DNA of 63,971 nucleotides, filler included, from Octopus bimaculoides (GCF_001194135.2; 7 parts of 6 records of this genome joined end to end with filler, not necessarily neighbours in it), one strand, 5' to 3'; positions 1 to 12,837 are shown, counted from the whole stretch's first letter. Notes: generated by a model from the sequence alone, not told the origin. Made by a program: numbers and translations.

Positions 1-17
1 AATGTCTTTTTAATAAG

Positions 18-18
18 C

Positions 19-77
<59 letters not shown>

Positions 78-86
78 CAATAATAA
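18..86 (+). repeat. (AAT)n microsatellite; the poly(ATT) tail of a minus-strand SINE-A 3' end (about 85-115)
   Basis: Pure AAT array followed by GATCCTTTCTACTAAAAGCACAAGGCC, the reverse complement of the SINE-A tail GGCCTTGTGC...AGTAGAAAGGATT seen at 2615-2645. Confidence 0.85.
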
Positions 87-120
87 TGATCCTTTCTACT
101 AAAAGCACAAGGCCACCGCC

Positions 121-340
121 GCACAACAGACACACTGACACATACATACATATATATATATATATACATATGTACGACGGGCTTCTTTCAGTTTCCGTCT
201 ACCAAATCCACTCACAAGGCTTTGGTCAGCCCGAGGCTATAGTAGAAGACACTCGCCCAAGGTGCCACGCTGTGGGACTGAACCCGGAACCATGTGGTTG
301 GTAAGGAAGCTACTTACCACACTTACCACACAGCTACTCC
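121..340 (-). mobile_element. tRNA-derived SINE, family B, 5' half (tRNA head, central domain and internal TA/TG tract)
   Basis: Nearly identical to 43600-43797 and 34880-35035. The minus strand has an A-box-like GTGTGGTAAG and a B-box GGTTCAGTCCC. Confidence 0.9.
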
Positions 341-927
341 TACGCCTATCAACATTTTAATGATATATTGTTTTGATGACCAGTTAGTTTTAAAATACGA
401 TATAAACAACATATACACAAATTCAGAAATTTTGCCACTTTGGCAAATTTGTTCCCTGAAAGATGAACAAAAAGAATAACGTTATCAAATGGAATATTTT
501 ACAGTAGGAGGAAAGCTATGACCAAGTTTCAGGAATTCTTAGACTAAGGCACAATGAAAAAAAAATTTTGGATCATGTTGAAATGCAAAATTCATATTTT
601 CAGAAACGTAAAAGAATACATTATATTGGAGACACTAACACAAGGACAACCACCAACATCACAAAGCTACATCTTCCAGGAACACCAATGTCACCATCAT
701 GCGACCGCATCCACCACAATTATTGGCACTATAGTACAACCACCACTACCACTGCGACCACCTATACGACTGCACTACAACCGACATTACTTATAACTAT
801 TGTACCAACATTACCACCACTACCATCACCACTCATTTGCCATGTAATTCAACGGGAGGTCTCTTCTTCTCCCTGACCTGTACTTGCTATCTTTCCCATA
901 GAAATATTTAACTCTGACTTGCAACTG

Positions 928-952
928 TACAACATATACATACATACATACA

Positions 953-1033
<81 letters not shown>

Positions 1034-1248
1034 GTGTGTGTGTGAGTGTATGTGTATGCACATGCATACATATGCCAGTACACACACATGACATTATATA
1101 TAAACGTATATCAGTTATATATATATATATTATTTATATGTGTATATAAACGTGTGTATGTGTGTGTATATACACATACACACACACACACACATATATA
1201 TATATATGTATTTATGTATGAAGTTATGTATGAATGCATGCATATATT

Positions 1249-1275
<27 letters not shown>
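928..1275. repeat. Compound (CATA)n/(TA)n/(TG)n/(GA)n microsatellite region
   Basis: Direct inspection. Confidence 0.95.
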
Positions 1276-1283
<8 letters not shown>

Positions 1284-1739
1284 GGAACAGAGAGCAGGAC
1301 TTACATGTTTGCGCATGTGTGTGCGTTTGCGAGCGCGCATGCAATTTTACACGCCTGACATTTACTCCCTAACGCCATCTACCGTTTGTCGTCTTCAACC
1401 TCTAACCTTTGACCTTTCATATTGTAATTGTTTAAATTACATGACAGCTCTGGCTTCGCACCTCTCTCTCTCTCTCTCTCTCACTCATTCTCTCTGTCTC
1501 TCTGCTTCTCTCTTTTGTCGTTCTGTCTCTCTCGTGTTTATTTTTGTGTCATCTTTAGTCATCATAACTATCATCATAATTATCATTTCCATCATCACAA
1601 TCACCACCCCTCCCTCATCTTCGTCATGATAATAATAGTAATCATCATCGTCGTCATCATCATCATCATCAACATCACAATCATCATCGTCGTCGTCAGC
1701 ATCATCATTATCAACTTTTGTTTATCATTAATATTATCT

Positions 1740-1740
1740 G

Positions 1741-1778
<38 letters not shown>

Positions 1779-1795
1779 GCTGCTGCTGCTTCTGA

Positions 1796-1832
<37 letters not shown>

Positions 1833-1860
1833 GCTACTGCTGCTGCTGCTGCTGCTGCAG
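1740..1860. repeat. (CTA)n/(CTG)n triplet microsatellite
   Basis: Direct inspection. Confidence 0.95.
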
Positions 1861-1924
1861 CCCCTTCTGCTACTACAGTGTCTAAATTGCCTCGAGATCG
1901 ACTTACCCCCTCTAGTAATTTCTG

Positions 1925-2410
1925 ATAGACAGGCTTTGGTCATTTGCGTGTACATGAAACCTTCAGTTTCTGAATTCAGTCCTCAACTCCTCAGCCACTG
2001 ATGGGGTTTTTCTTGTCCAACGTCAGCATTTTGGCTTCGAAGAATATGTTGTCCATGCAGGGAATTCCGGCTCTATCGTTCCGCAAGCCCTTTCCACCTG
2101 ATTTTTTTTTTTTAATAGCAGTTTGTTTAATTTCGTTTATTTTCCTTATTTGGTAACAGACGTTCCAGGTTCTTCACCCAATTCAAGATTTACGACATTC
2201 TTTGACAATAGAATGCGACTTTTCATTGCTTGCATGTTCGTACACAAGCCACAGCATGCAGTCCTCTGCACAAGATAAGCGCCTGTTCATGCCTATACTG
2301 GAGGTTTCATAGCAGAGTTCTAACAGCTTCATTCATCTTCAATTGCTCCTCCTAGGTCTGTACATAGCCAACATCCACTTTAGCAAAGTGCATGTTATTA
2401 GAAGTCAAGA
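1925..2410 (-). mobile_element. R4/Dong-clade non-LTR retrotransposon fragment (post-RT region), lineage 3, degraded
   Basis: Minus-strand translation across frameshifts gives MHFAKVDV...PRR...KLLELCYETSSIGMNRRL...MLWLVYEH...KSHSIVKE and HQWLRS*GLNSETEGFM. These match the Dong-type motifs MHHPKADVDRLY.PRK.GGRGL and GLKAETEG.I.AAQDQ. Confidence 0.75.
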
Positions 2411-2423
2411 TTTTTTCTCGTCT

Positions 2424-2640
2424 CAGGTAGCGAACTGGCAGAATCGTTGGCATGCAGGACAAAACACTGAGTGGTATTTCTCCCATCGCTACGTTCTGAG
2501 TTCAAATTCCACCGAGGTTGACTTTGCCTTTCATCCTTTCGAGATCGAGAAAATAAGAACCAGTTACACAGTCTGGAGTCGATGTAATCGACTGAATCCC
2601 TTCCCCAAAAATTTGAGGCCTCGTGCTTCCAGTAGAAAGG
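2424..2640 (+). mobile_element. tRNA-derived SINE, family A, full length, with (ATT)n tail
   Basis: A-box TGGCAGAATCG, B-box GAGTTCAAATTCC, central GTCGACTTTGCCTTTCATCCTTTC motif, ends AGTAGAAAGG(ATT)n. More than 15 homologues are present in the window. Confidence 0.92.
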
Positions 2641-2681
<41 letters not shown>

Positions 2682-2752
2682 GATTATTATCATAAATAAT
2701 ATCATCGTTATCATCATCATCATTGTAGTCGTCGTCATCAGCAGCATTACTA

Positions 2753-2794
<42 letters not shown>

Positions 2795-2887
2795 TTACTG
2801 CTATTATTATCATTATTATTATTATTATTATTATCATTATTATTATCATTATCCTCATTATTATCATCATCATCATTATTATTATTA

Positions 2888-2941
<54 letters not shown>

Positions 2942-2989
2942 CATTATTATTATTTTATTATTATTATTATTATTATCATTTTATTATTA

Positions 2990-3037
<48 letters not shown>

Positions 3038-3078
3038 CATTATCATCATTATTATCATCATCATCATCATTATTATTA

Positions 3079-3110
<32 letters not shown>

Positions 3111-3139
3111 CATCATCATCATTATTATTATTATTATTA

Positions 3140-3224
<85 letters not shown>

Positions 3225-3251
3225 TTATCATTATTATTATTATTATTATCA

Positions 3252-3291
<40 letters not shown>

Positions 3292-3310
3292 CATTATTAC
3301 TATTATTATT

Positions 3311-3346
<36 letters not shown>

Positions 3347-3350
3347 TTGA
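2640..3350. repeat. Long compound (ATT)n/(ATC)n/(ACT)n/(GCT)n triplet tract ending in (ATTT)n
   Basis: Direct inspection. It is the source of the spurious poly-I/L/Y ORFs. Confidence 0.97.
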
Positions 3351-3554
3351 TATTGTTAGGAACAGTGAAACGAGTTGGACATCTATATCTTTCTGAATTC
3401 AAAATCTCGCTGGAGACTCTTTCTAACCATTGCACACGCAGTCTTTGTGTCGACAGAATAAAAGTGGTCGGTGATCGATAATATCGATACACTCAACAAT
3501 TGGACAGTAACAAGCCACTCCAGATTTGTAAACTTGTGTGAATGAAAGTCACTG

Positions 3555-3756
3555 TTATCATCGTCATCGTCATCGTCATCGGTATCATCGTCATCATCAC
3601 AAACTTCCTCCGCCGCTACCAGTGCCAACTCTTTTTTCCATTCTCCTCCTCATCATTTTCTTCTTCGTCATCATTATCATGGGTCATTATCATCATCATC
3701 ATCATCATCATCATCAACATCCCCACCATCATCATCATCATCATCAACATCACCAC

Positions 3757-3791
<35 letters not shown>

Positions 3792-3900
3792 CCACCATCA
3801 TCATCATCATCATCACCACCACCATCATCATCATCATCACCACCACCACCATCATCATTATCATCATCACCACCACCGCCATCATCATCATCATCATCAT

Positions 3901-3949
<49 letters not shown>

Positions 3950-4408
3950 GTCATCGTCCTTCTCCATGTCTATCATCATCATATTCATTGATAGTCATTC
4001 AATGGCCCTCATGATCATCGACACCCTTTTTCCTCTTCCGCTCCCTCCTCCTCCACCTCCTCTTACATCTATTCCTCCACCCACCCCACCTAATCTCCCT
4101 CCGCCTCCTTTTCCATCTCCTCCTCCTCCTCAACATGGTCACCATCATATTGAAGACCATCATCATCATCATCATCACCACCATCACCACCATCATCACC
4201 GTCATCATCGTCATCATCATCGTCATCATCGTTGTTGTCGTCACCATCATCTTGAAGATCATCATTATCATCATCACCACCACCATCATCATCATCATCA
4301 TCGTCATCATCATCATCATCATCATCATCACCACCATCATCATCATCATCATCGTCATCACCATCGTCATCATCATCATCATCATCATCGTCATCGTCAT
4401 CATCATCG

Positions 4409-4456
<48 letters not shown>

Positions 4457-4460
4457 CTGC
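3555..4460. repeat. (CAT)n/(CAC)n/(CCT)n compound triplet tract
   Basis: Direct inspection. It is the source of the spurious poly-H/M/D ORFs. Confidence 0.97.
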
Positions 4461-5385
4461 CCTTTAAGTAGTTGCTACAAGTCACAAGAGCAGCAACATG
4501 AGTAATGGCAGTGGTCTCAGTGTGCGACGGGAGGTGCAACGGCATGTGCAACAGCGGGGATAAGCAGCAGCACCGCCACCACTATCACCACCACCACCAC
4601 AACCACCACTACTACCTCCACCAATTGTTGTAACAATAGTCGTAGTAATAGTAGTGGTGGTGGTGGTGGTGGTGATAATAGTAGTAGTAGTACCTGGTGG
4701 TCTTGATGGTCGTGGCGTGGTAGTAGTGGCTGTGGTCTTCATCATCGTGGTGGTGGTGGTGGTGGTNNNNNNNNNNNNNNNNNNNNNNNNNNNNNNNNNN
4801 NNNNNNNNNNNNNNNNNNNNNNNNNNNNNNNNNNNNNNNNNNNNNNNNNNNNNNNNNNNNNNNNNNNNNNNNNNNNNNNNNNNNNNNNNNNNNNNNNNNN
4901 NNNNNNNNNNNNNNNNNNNNNNNNNNNNNNNNNNNNNNNNNNNNNNNNNNNNNNNNNNNNNNNNNNNNNNNNNNNNNNNNNNNNNNNNNNNNNNNNNNNN
5001 NNNNNNNNNNNNNNNNNNNNNNNNNNNNNNNNNNNNNNNNNNNNNNNNNNNNNNNNNNNNNNNNNNNNNNATACCAACAGCGCCACCACCACCACTCCCC
5101 ACTCCCCACACCCACCATCACCACAACCGCCACCACTCCCCACTCCCACCATCACTACGAAATCCACCACCACCACCACTACTACCCACGCCATCACTGC
5201 TGTCATCATCACCATCATTATCATAGTCATCGTCGTCGCTTTCGTCGTCATCATCATCATCATCATCATCATCATCTTCGCAGTCATTGTCATCATCATC
5301 ACCACCCGCATCGTTATCATCATCATTACCATCGATATCATTGTTATCATCATCGTCGTAATCATCATCATCATCGTCGTCGTCG

Positions 5386-5422
<37 letters not shown>

Positions 5423-5534
5423 TATCATCATCACTAATCCTAGCCAAACCGCACGTTAACCTTACCATCACAACCCGACATAACTGCCCGCACCTAATAG
5501 GATAACCCTACTTCAAACCACCATTAAACCCTAA

Positions 5535-6125
5535 CACAATCGTCGTCACTCAAGAGACACTCACATCACAATCTAATATCACTGAGACTTCACTCACACC
5601 ATCTACCACCATCACCCAAGCTACACTCAGACCACCTATCATCTTCACTCAAACAATACTCACGCTACCCACCTCCGTCACACAAGCTATGCTAATAGCG
5701 ACCACTACTATCACTCAAGTTACACTCACGTCGCTCATTTTATCACTCAAACTAAACTCTCACCAATGATCATCACACAAGTTACACTCGCACTACCGCC
5801 CATCATCATTCAGCTTACAATGCATCACCATCAACTCATCCTCATCACTTAAGCCACACTCACACTACTTGCCATCATCACTCAACCTACACTCATGCCA
5901 CTTATTATCGTCACTCAGATCACATTCGACACCACCTTCAATCATCACTCAGGCTCCATTCAAGTCATCCACCACCATCACTCAAGCTACACGCACACCA
6001 CCTATCACTATCACTCAGACCACACTCACACAACCCACAACCATCACTAAAGTTCCACTCACTACCACGCACCACATCACTCAAGCTACACTCACACCCC
6101 CACCACCCTAACTCAAACTACACCC
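5535..6125. repeat. Diverged 33-bp minisatellite, about 18 units (consensus near CCACCCACCACCATCACTCAAGCTACACTCACA)
   Basis: The ACTCAA-like anchor recurs at 5548, 5581, 5614, 5647, 5680, 5713 and again at 5880, 5913, 5947, 5980, 6013, 6046, 6079, mostly 33 bp apart. Confidence 0.85.
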
Positions 6126-6519
6126 ATGCTACGAGTCTTCGAAACCACCAACCATACTGCCTTCTATCCATTCAGACTATATTAACACCACCTCTCCACA
6201 ACTACCAATACCACAACAATAACAACAACAGCAACAATAACGACCACTCTTACACGCACCATTCCACCACCCACCACATCGCTCAGCAGCACCACCACCA
6301 CCCTCATCGCCACCACCATCAACCAAGAAAACTTTTCTGCCTCTCCAGAGTCCATCATCTCGGTTAATGCCCCCCATTCTTTCCATCATTCAACCTGTCC
6401 GAACCCTTTACTAGTTTAACAATGGTGAGAGAGATGAGGACGAAGGCGGCGGCGGCAGCGGTGATTATGGTGGTGGTAGGGGTTTTGAGGATAGTGGTAG
6501 GGGTTTTGATGGTGGTGGT

Positions 6520-6619
6520 NNNNNNNNNNNNNNNNNNNNNNNNNNNNNNNNNNNNNNNNNNNNTTAATTAATTAANNNNNNNNNNNNNNNNNNNNNNNNN
6601 NNNNNNNNNNNNNNNNNNN
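6520..6619. other. Artificial 100-bp scaffold spacer N44-TTAATTAATTAA-N44
   Basis: Identical structure at six positions. TTAATTAATTAA places stop codons in all six frames. Confidence 0.95.
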
Positions 6620-6835
6620 TGTGTGTGTGTGTGTTTCCCCACCACCACCACTATCGCTTGACAACCGATGCTGGTGTGTTTGAGTACCCGTAATCTAGCG
6701 GTTTGGCAAAATAGACCGATTGAATAAGTACTAGGCTTACAAACAATAAGTCCTGGCGTCGATTTGCTCGACTAAAGGCGGTGCTCCAGTATGGCCGCAG
6801 TCAAATGACTGAAACAAGTAAAAGAATAAAAGAAT
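6620..6835 (+). mobile_element. SINE family B, 3' half
   Basis: CGCTTGACAACCGATGCTGGTGTG...GGCGGTGCTCCAGTATGGCCGCAGTCAAATGACTGAAACAAGTAAAAGA. It matches the reverse complement of 43400-43600 and also 62270-62470. Confidence 0.9.
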
Positions 6836-6874
6836 ATATATATTTATATACCCACATATGTATGTATGTAAGAC

Positions 6875-7000
6875 GAGCTACTTTTAGTTCCTGTCTACCA
6901 AATCTACTCACAAGGCTTTGGTCGGTCTAAGGCTACCAAAGAAGACACTTACCTAAGGTGCCATGCTGTTTGAAAGCAAGTTTCTTACCACACAGCCACG
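6875..7000 (-). mobile_element. SINE family B, 5' half, degraded
   Basis: TCTACCAAATCTACTCACAAGGCTTTGGTCGG...CTTACCACACAGCCAC is homologous to 190-335. Confidence 0.85.
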
Positions 7001-7559
7001 CCTGCGGCTATATGTCTATGTTTATGTGTACGTGTGTGCTTGTGCATGCGTGTGTGTGTGCGTATGCAAGAGGGGGGGACTCATGTTTGTGTGCCTGTGT
7101 TTTTGTCTGTGTATGTGCTTGTGTATATGTCTATTTGTGTGCGTGTATGTATGCTTATGTAGATAATCACGTGTACATCTAACATTTCCGTTTGTTAAAA
7201 CACAAATACAAAGAAATGCGCAAACACCTACACGCTAACCAATCAGCAGCAGCAGCGGCAGCAGCGGCGGCAGGACCAGCAGTAACGCCACCACCACAAT
7301 CGTCACTACCACCACCACTACCACCACCACCACCACCCCTACCACCACCACCACNNNNNNNNNNNNNNNNNNNNNNNNNNNNNNNNNNNNNNNNNNNNNN
7401 NNNNNNNNNNNNNNNNNNNNNNNNNNNNNNNNNNNNNNNNNNNNNNNNNNNNNNNNNNNNNNNNNNNNNNNNNNNNCCACTACCACCACCAGCAGTATTA
7501 CTAATCTTGAGACCTCCGCATTTTGCATCAGAGTACTACCACAACAACTTTCCACAATT

Positions 7560-8035
7560 ACATCACTATCAGCACACACACACACACACACACACATGCG
7601 TGCACACACACACGCGTGCACACACACACACAACACATACACACGCTCACACGCACATACGTATACAAAAGCTTACACACAAGCAGACAAACATATACTA
7701 ATACATACAAGCACACAAACACGCACCTGCTCACAGCAACACATTCACATACTAACACACACACACACACACATACATACCCATACACACACACAAACGC
7801 ACACACACACACAATACATTCGCACACGCTCACACGCACATACGTATACAAAAGCTTACACATACTAATACATACAAACACACAAACACGCACCTGCTCA
7901 CAGCAACACATTCACATACTAACACACACACTCACATACACACGCATATACACACACACACTCACATACACACATATATACACACACACACTGACGCATT
8001 AGCACACATATACAAACACACATGCACAAGCACAA
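7560..8035. repeat. (CA)n-rich region containing a ~185-bp-period tandem duplication
   Basis: CACGCTCACACGCACATACGTATACAAAAGCTTACAC and CACGCACCTGCTCACAGCAACACATTCACATACTAAC each occur twice (about 7640-7765 and 7822-7925). Confidence 0.85.
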
Positions 8036-9254
8036 CTGCATTTAAAGAAGCAACAAAGAAGAAGATACTAATACAGAGAAATGAAAGAATCCCATCAAAT
8101 CTTTGGAAATGGCTGGAATTCTGTTTGTGTCTGTTAGATACTGTCAGACTACATTACTGCTGCATCATTCACATTAGCTGCACACTGTCTGCTGTTGTTG
8201 ACGGAATATAGTGTTTATTAAAACTTGAAACAAGCAACAGCGAAATATAACAAATGAATTATGCATATATATNNNNNNNNNNNNNNNNNNNNNNNNNNNN
8301 NNNNNNNNNNNNNNNNNNNNNNNNNNNNNNNNNNNNNNNNNNNNNNNNNNNNNNNNNNNNNNNNNNNNNNNNNNNNNNNNNNNNNNNNNNNNNNNNNNNN
8401 NNNNNNNNNNNNNNNNNNNNNNNNNNNNNNNNNNNNNNNNNNNNNNNNNNNNNNNNNNNNNNNNNNNNNNNNNNNNNNNNNNNNNNNNNNNNNNNNNNNN
8501 NNNNNNNNNNNNNNNNNNNNNNNNNNNNNNNNNNNNNNNNNNNNNNNNNNNNNNNNNNNNNNNNNNNNNNNNNNNNNNNNNNNNNNNNNNNNNNNNNNNN
8601 NNNNNNNNNNNNNNNNNNNNNNNNNNNNNNNNNNNNNNNNNNNNNNNNNNNNNNNNNNNNNNNNNNNNNNNNNNNNNNNNNNNNNNNNNNNNNNNNNNNN
8701 NNNNNNNNNNNNNNNNNNNNNNNNNNNNNNNNNNNNNNNNNNNNNNNNNNNNNNNNNNNNNNNNNNNNNNNNNNNNNNNNNNNNNNNNNNNNNNNNNNNN
8801 NNNNNNNNNNNNNNNNNNNNNNNNNNNNNNNNNNNNNNNNNNNNNNNNNNNNNNNNNNNNNGTGTGTGTGTGTGTGTGTGTGTGCGTGTTGATCTAATCT
8901 TTTCTGTTTTGTCACGAGACAGTAGCTGTGATGAAAATGTCCTTCTAGAAAGATTGGATATTGTAGATTATTTCTCATCTGTAGTATTAGTCACTTACTC
9001 TAATAATCTTGGGAAACAGGTAACGCGAAGTTTTGAACGCAAAACACACAGGGAAAGTAACCAGACATTACACTATATATAAGAATACATATGTATAGAT
9101 GTGGTTTATCTAGCGTGTACAATTAGTTGTATGGCTGAGGCAGTGGAGTTTAAAGCTCAACGTAGATTGCCATGAACCAATCTGTTTCCATTATAGTGGT
9201 TTAGTTACTTTTATACTTAGAAATATTACTGGTTATAATGCACAGAGTATATGT

Positions 9255-9533
9255 AGAAGACATTATGATATTATTATTTGCTTCCTATCTATTAATACTT
9301 ATCCTCATTGTGATTGTTTGGAACTCCCTGCATTGGATGTTTGAAATGTAATTGGATGCCTAACCACAAAGATTCATCAGGGAAGCACTTTACTGAGTAA
9401 GTTAATGCAATATAGGTTTGTCCCTGACTATCCGTTGTGGTTAAGCATCCAATTGCCGTTGAAACATTCAAAGCAGACTTCCAAGCAACCACAACTGAGC
9501 AACGTAAATTAGGAAGAAATAATACATGCTTCT
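9255..9533. repeat. ~280-bp imperfect palindrome (foldback or MITE-like)
   Basis: 9304-9383 is the reverse complement of 9421-9499 at roughly 75-80% identity. An outer arm pairs TATTATTTGCTTCCTA (about 9272-9287) with TAGGAAGAAATAATA (9510-9524). Confidence 0.85.
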
Positions 9534-9809
9534 TTTTACCATATTTTTTCAAACGTCGTCGAAACGGTGCACATTTTCTCTTGATAATCCCTGAAATCTA
9601 GTGGTGTCCGTTGTGCAGAGTTTTCGACTGAAAAAGCATATTTGTATGTCATAATTACTGTATAATAATCACACACGTACATATGCGTGAATACACATGC
9701 ACACACATAGAAACACACCTCACACACACGCGCACACGCGCACGCACACATTGCTTTTGTTTATATCTATATGGTTTCAGAGGGACAAATTGACCCAATT
9801 CCTAATTTT

Positions 9810-10085
9810 AAAAAGTTCTTTTTAAAGTCTGGTACTTATTCTATTGATTCGTTTTGCCGAGCCACTAAGTCATGGAGATGTAAACACCAGTTGTCAAGCC
9901 GTGAACGGGGAGACAAGCACAAAAGCACACTCATACATATACGACGCGCTTCCACACAGATTCCGTATACCAACTCCACTTACAAGGCATTAGTCGATCC
10001 GGTACTACAATAGACAACCATTGCCCAAGATGCCATCCAGTGTGACTGAACCTAACACCGCGTGGTCTCTTAACCACACAGCCTT
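9810..10085 (-). mobile_element. SINE family B, degraded near-full copy
   Basis: TACTTATTCTATTG...TTTTGCCGAGCCACTAAGT...CAGTTGTCAAGC...CAAGATGCCATCCAGTGTGACTGAACC...TTAACCACACAGCC parallels 43480-43797. Confidence 0.8.
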
Positions 10086-11029
10086 GCCGGTTATATTACA
10101 TTATATTATATTATATCAAATTTGAAGCCAAAATTTAACAAATTGTTACTCCGAGTTTTTTCCGCCCCAATCTTCGACAGATTATATGTAAAAAAAAATT
10201 GTTTACAAGCATCACTGTAGAGAAATTTTTTTATATGTAGACTTGTTTTGATTGGATAAGGTCGAAACAAAATCATGTTATTGGCTGACAATATCTCCAC
10301 GTCTACAAGAAATAAAGTGATTGGGGTGTTGGGGTGGCTGGTTAGAAAGAGAAAAGAAATGGAAAAGAAGCAAGAAAGGTTTAGAAAAGAATCAATGCAG
10401 CTATGTAATATGTAAATATACGAAATATTTTTATTGAAAATAATGCAAAAATAATAAGATATCGTTGACGTGTATGAATAAACAAGTACATACAGAGATA
10501 GATGCATAAATATACATATAAATGTAAAGGAAAATATCGATCAGAGCAAATGAAGAAAAACAAAATCAAAAGAAAATTATCGTGCACGAAGGAAAGCAAA
10601 AGGTATTTCAAAATAAAAACAGTTTTACTGAGATTAGAAAGAAAATTTTTCTGTGTAAATGTGTATAATGGCCAGATTGTGCAGGGAGAAAATAATATTA
10701 AATAATAATGAAATGTGTAAAATCTCCAATGTGAAAAAGTGAAGATGGGAAGAAAATATGGCGGCGAAATACCAAGTTATTCAGAAATGGAGCGTATTTA
10801 ATCGTTTGAGGCTGCAGGATGCTTATCCGTAGAAACTGTGGAATCTTCTAGATATAAATTGTGAAAATTTTATTTAAAAAATACTTGAAACAAGCAGTGT
10901 CTATGCTGTCTTCTTTTGTGACCCATGACTTAGTTTTTCTACTAACATAAATTTGAGCGAATATATATCGGAGAGATGAAGTTCGATGGTCAAAATAATC
11001 GTCAAAACCCTTTTCTAGTACCTGAAATA

Positions 11030-11243
11030 TGGTTTCAAATTTTGGCTCAAGGCCAACAATTTCGAGGGAAGGAATAAGTCGATTACATTATCCCCAGTGT
11101 TCAACTAGTACTTATTTTATCGACCGCAAAGGGATAAAGAGCAAAGTCGACCGGGCGGCATTTGAACTCAGAACGTAAAGTTGAAAGAAATACCGCAAAA
11201 CAATCTTACTGGCATAGTAACAATACTGCCAACTCACCGCTTT
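11030..11243 (-). mobile_element. SINE family A
   Basis: Reverse complement of the 2424-2640 consensus (AAGTCGATTACA...TACTTATTTTATCGACC...GCAAAGTCGACC...TTTGAACTCAGAACGT...CTGCCAACTCACCGC). Confidence 0.88.
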
Positions 11244-12837
11244 GTAGCAGATGAAAATAGCCGAAATTTAAAATAGAGATATGTGTGTATCTCTTTTTAA
11301 TTAACTGACTTTTAACCAGGTACTGCAAACTTTGACACTACTGTTAAATCGTATTTAAGAAAATCTCTATTACCAAAAAAAGATATTAACTGATTAGTTT
11401 CTTCAAAATCACTTATATTTTGTTACTTACACCAAGAATAGTAGCTGATAGTTTATTTATAAGTTACGAACGGTTCAACAGAAATAAATTGCCTTGTCTA
11501 GTTTGTATAATTTTGTGTAAACTATAATGTACCTTTGTGTAACTGTTTCAGGCACTTTCTAGTTTGTATTTGATTTATATATATATATATAAATATATAA
11601 TAGAAATATGTTACAAAAGCAAAATAGAAACTACACGTGGAAATGTAAGGGGAAAGTAAGAAGAAAAAATAGCGAAAATGCACATTGGAAATAAAAAATA
11701 GTAAAGGATTTTTATGAAAAGTAACGATAGATATATACAATTAGATGAACTGAGGTAGGAATAAAAGTAATAAAAGTCATAACTGTAAATTGTTAAAGAC
11801 ATTCAAAAGCATACCGGTTTCGTAAAGTTACTAATCATTGTTTCGAATGCATACCGAATATATATATANNNNNNNNNNNNNNNNNNNNNNNNNNNNNNNN
11901 NNNNNNNNNNNNNNNNNNNNNNNNNNNNNNNNNNNNNNNNNNNNNNNNNNNNNNNNNNNNNNNNNNNATATATAAACCCCCATCTTCCTTCAGGGAAGGA
12001 AGATGGGGTATTTCCAATGCACCACTCAATCTGAGCTTTCAGGCTGTCTACGCTATCGGATTGTAGTCTAATATCGAAATGCTGAAACTCCACGTTTCAC
12101 AACAGTGAAACCGTTGTGTAGGTTTAACGAGGCGTAAATAAAATCCATAAGAAACAAAGAAAGAATTTAATAATCAGTTACAATTGTTTCTGTATCAACT
12201 GTGTTTTCACCTGAACTGGCGTTGAAAGCAGAGATTGTAGAGAAACAATTGTAATTGGTCATTGAAATATTTATTTGACTTTTGGTTAAAGACCAGTAAT
12301 TCACATCATCAGCAGGTTGCTATGTTTAACTCATATATATATGTATATGTATGTATGTATGTATGTATGTATATGTGTGTATGTATATATAAATATATAT
12401 ACATGTATGTATTTATATACATACATAGATACATACATATGTAAACACACATATGCATATATGTATATATCAATGGATGAATTTATGGTTGGATGGATAT
12501 ATTTCTATTCTTTGTGCGAGATGTATGACAAGTTGTATTTAGATTTGTTTTCAACTGTGTACGCCTTATAAATTGTAGGCTAACCTCATTTAATTTTTCT
12601 AACACACGCAGTCTACATATAATGAGCGTCATACAATCGTATATACCATTGATTGCATATGACAGCTATGATCGAGAGTACAATTAAATATTCTTACAGA
12701 ACTGTTTAGTAATTAGAATTAATTATGCCACTGGCGTTCTAGTCGTAGATATTTTGGCTTTTTGCAAATATTGCAGGAATTAATTGCACTATTTTTCTTA
12801 TTTATGTCAACTGGATTTTGAGAGATATTTGACCGGT

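Noticed and set aside
2502-5471. Long poly-H/I/L/M/D ORFs (up to 257 aa), reminiscent of His-rich squid beak proteins or reflectin-like proteins
   Set aside because: These are translations of pure triplet microsatellites, open in most frames on both strands, with no unique sequence, Gly-rich motifs or splice context.
5535-6125. CRISPR-like regular spacing (33 bp)
   Set aside because: The units are contiguous diverged repeats without unique spacers, the context is eukaryotic, and there are no cas genes.
6564-6575. TTAATTAATTAA as a possible regulatory site, PacI-like site or piggyBac TTAA footprint
   Set aside because: It is always centred in exactly 100 bp of Ns, so it is an artificial spacer.
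8918-9019. Possible exon (DSSCDENVLLERLDIVDYFSSVVLVTYSNNLGKQ) ending at CAG|GTAACG
   Set aside because: The acceptor is weak, the peptide is unrecognised and there is no supporting neighbouring exon.
10752-10766. YY1-like AAAATATGGCGGC motif (also CGCCATTTT twice at about 44743-44770 and AAAATGGCGG at about 50388) as promoter marks
   Set aside because: These are isolated short motifs with no CpG island or downstream gene, and are expected by chance or from DNA-transposon subtermini.
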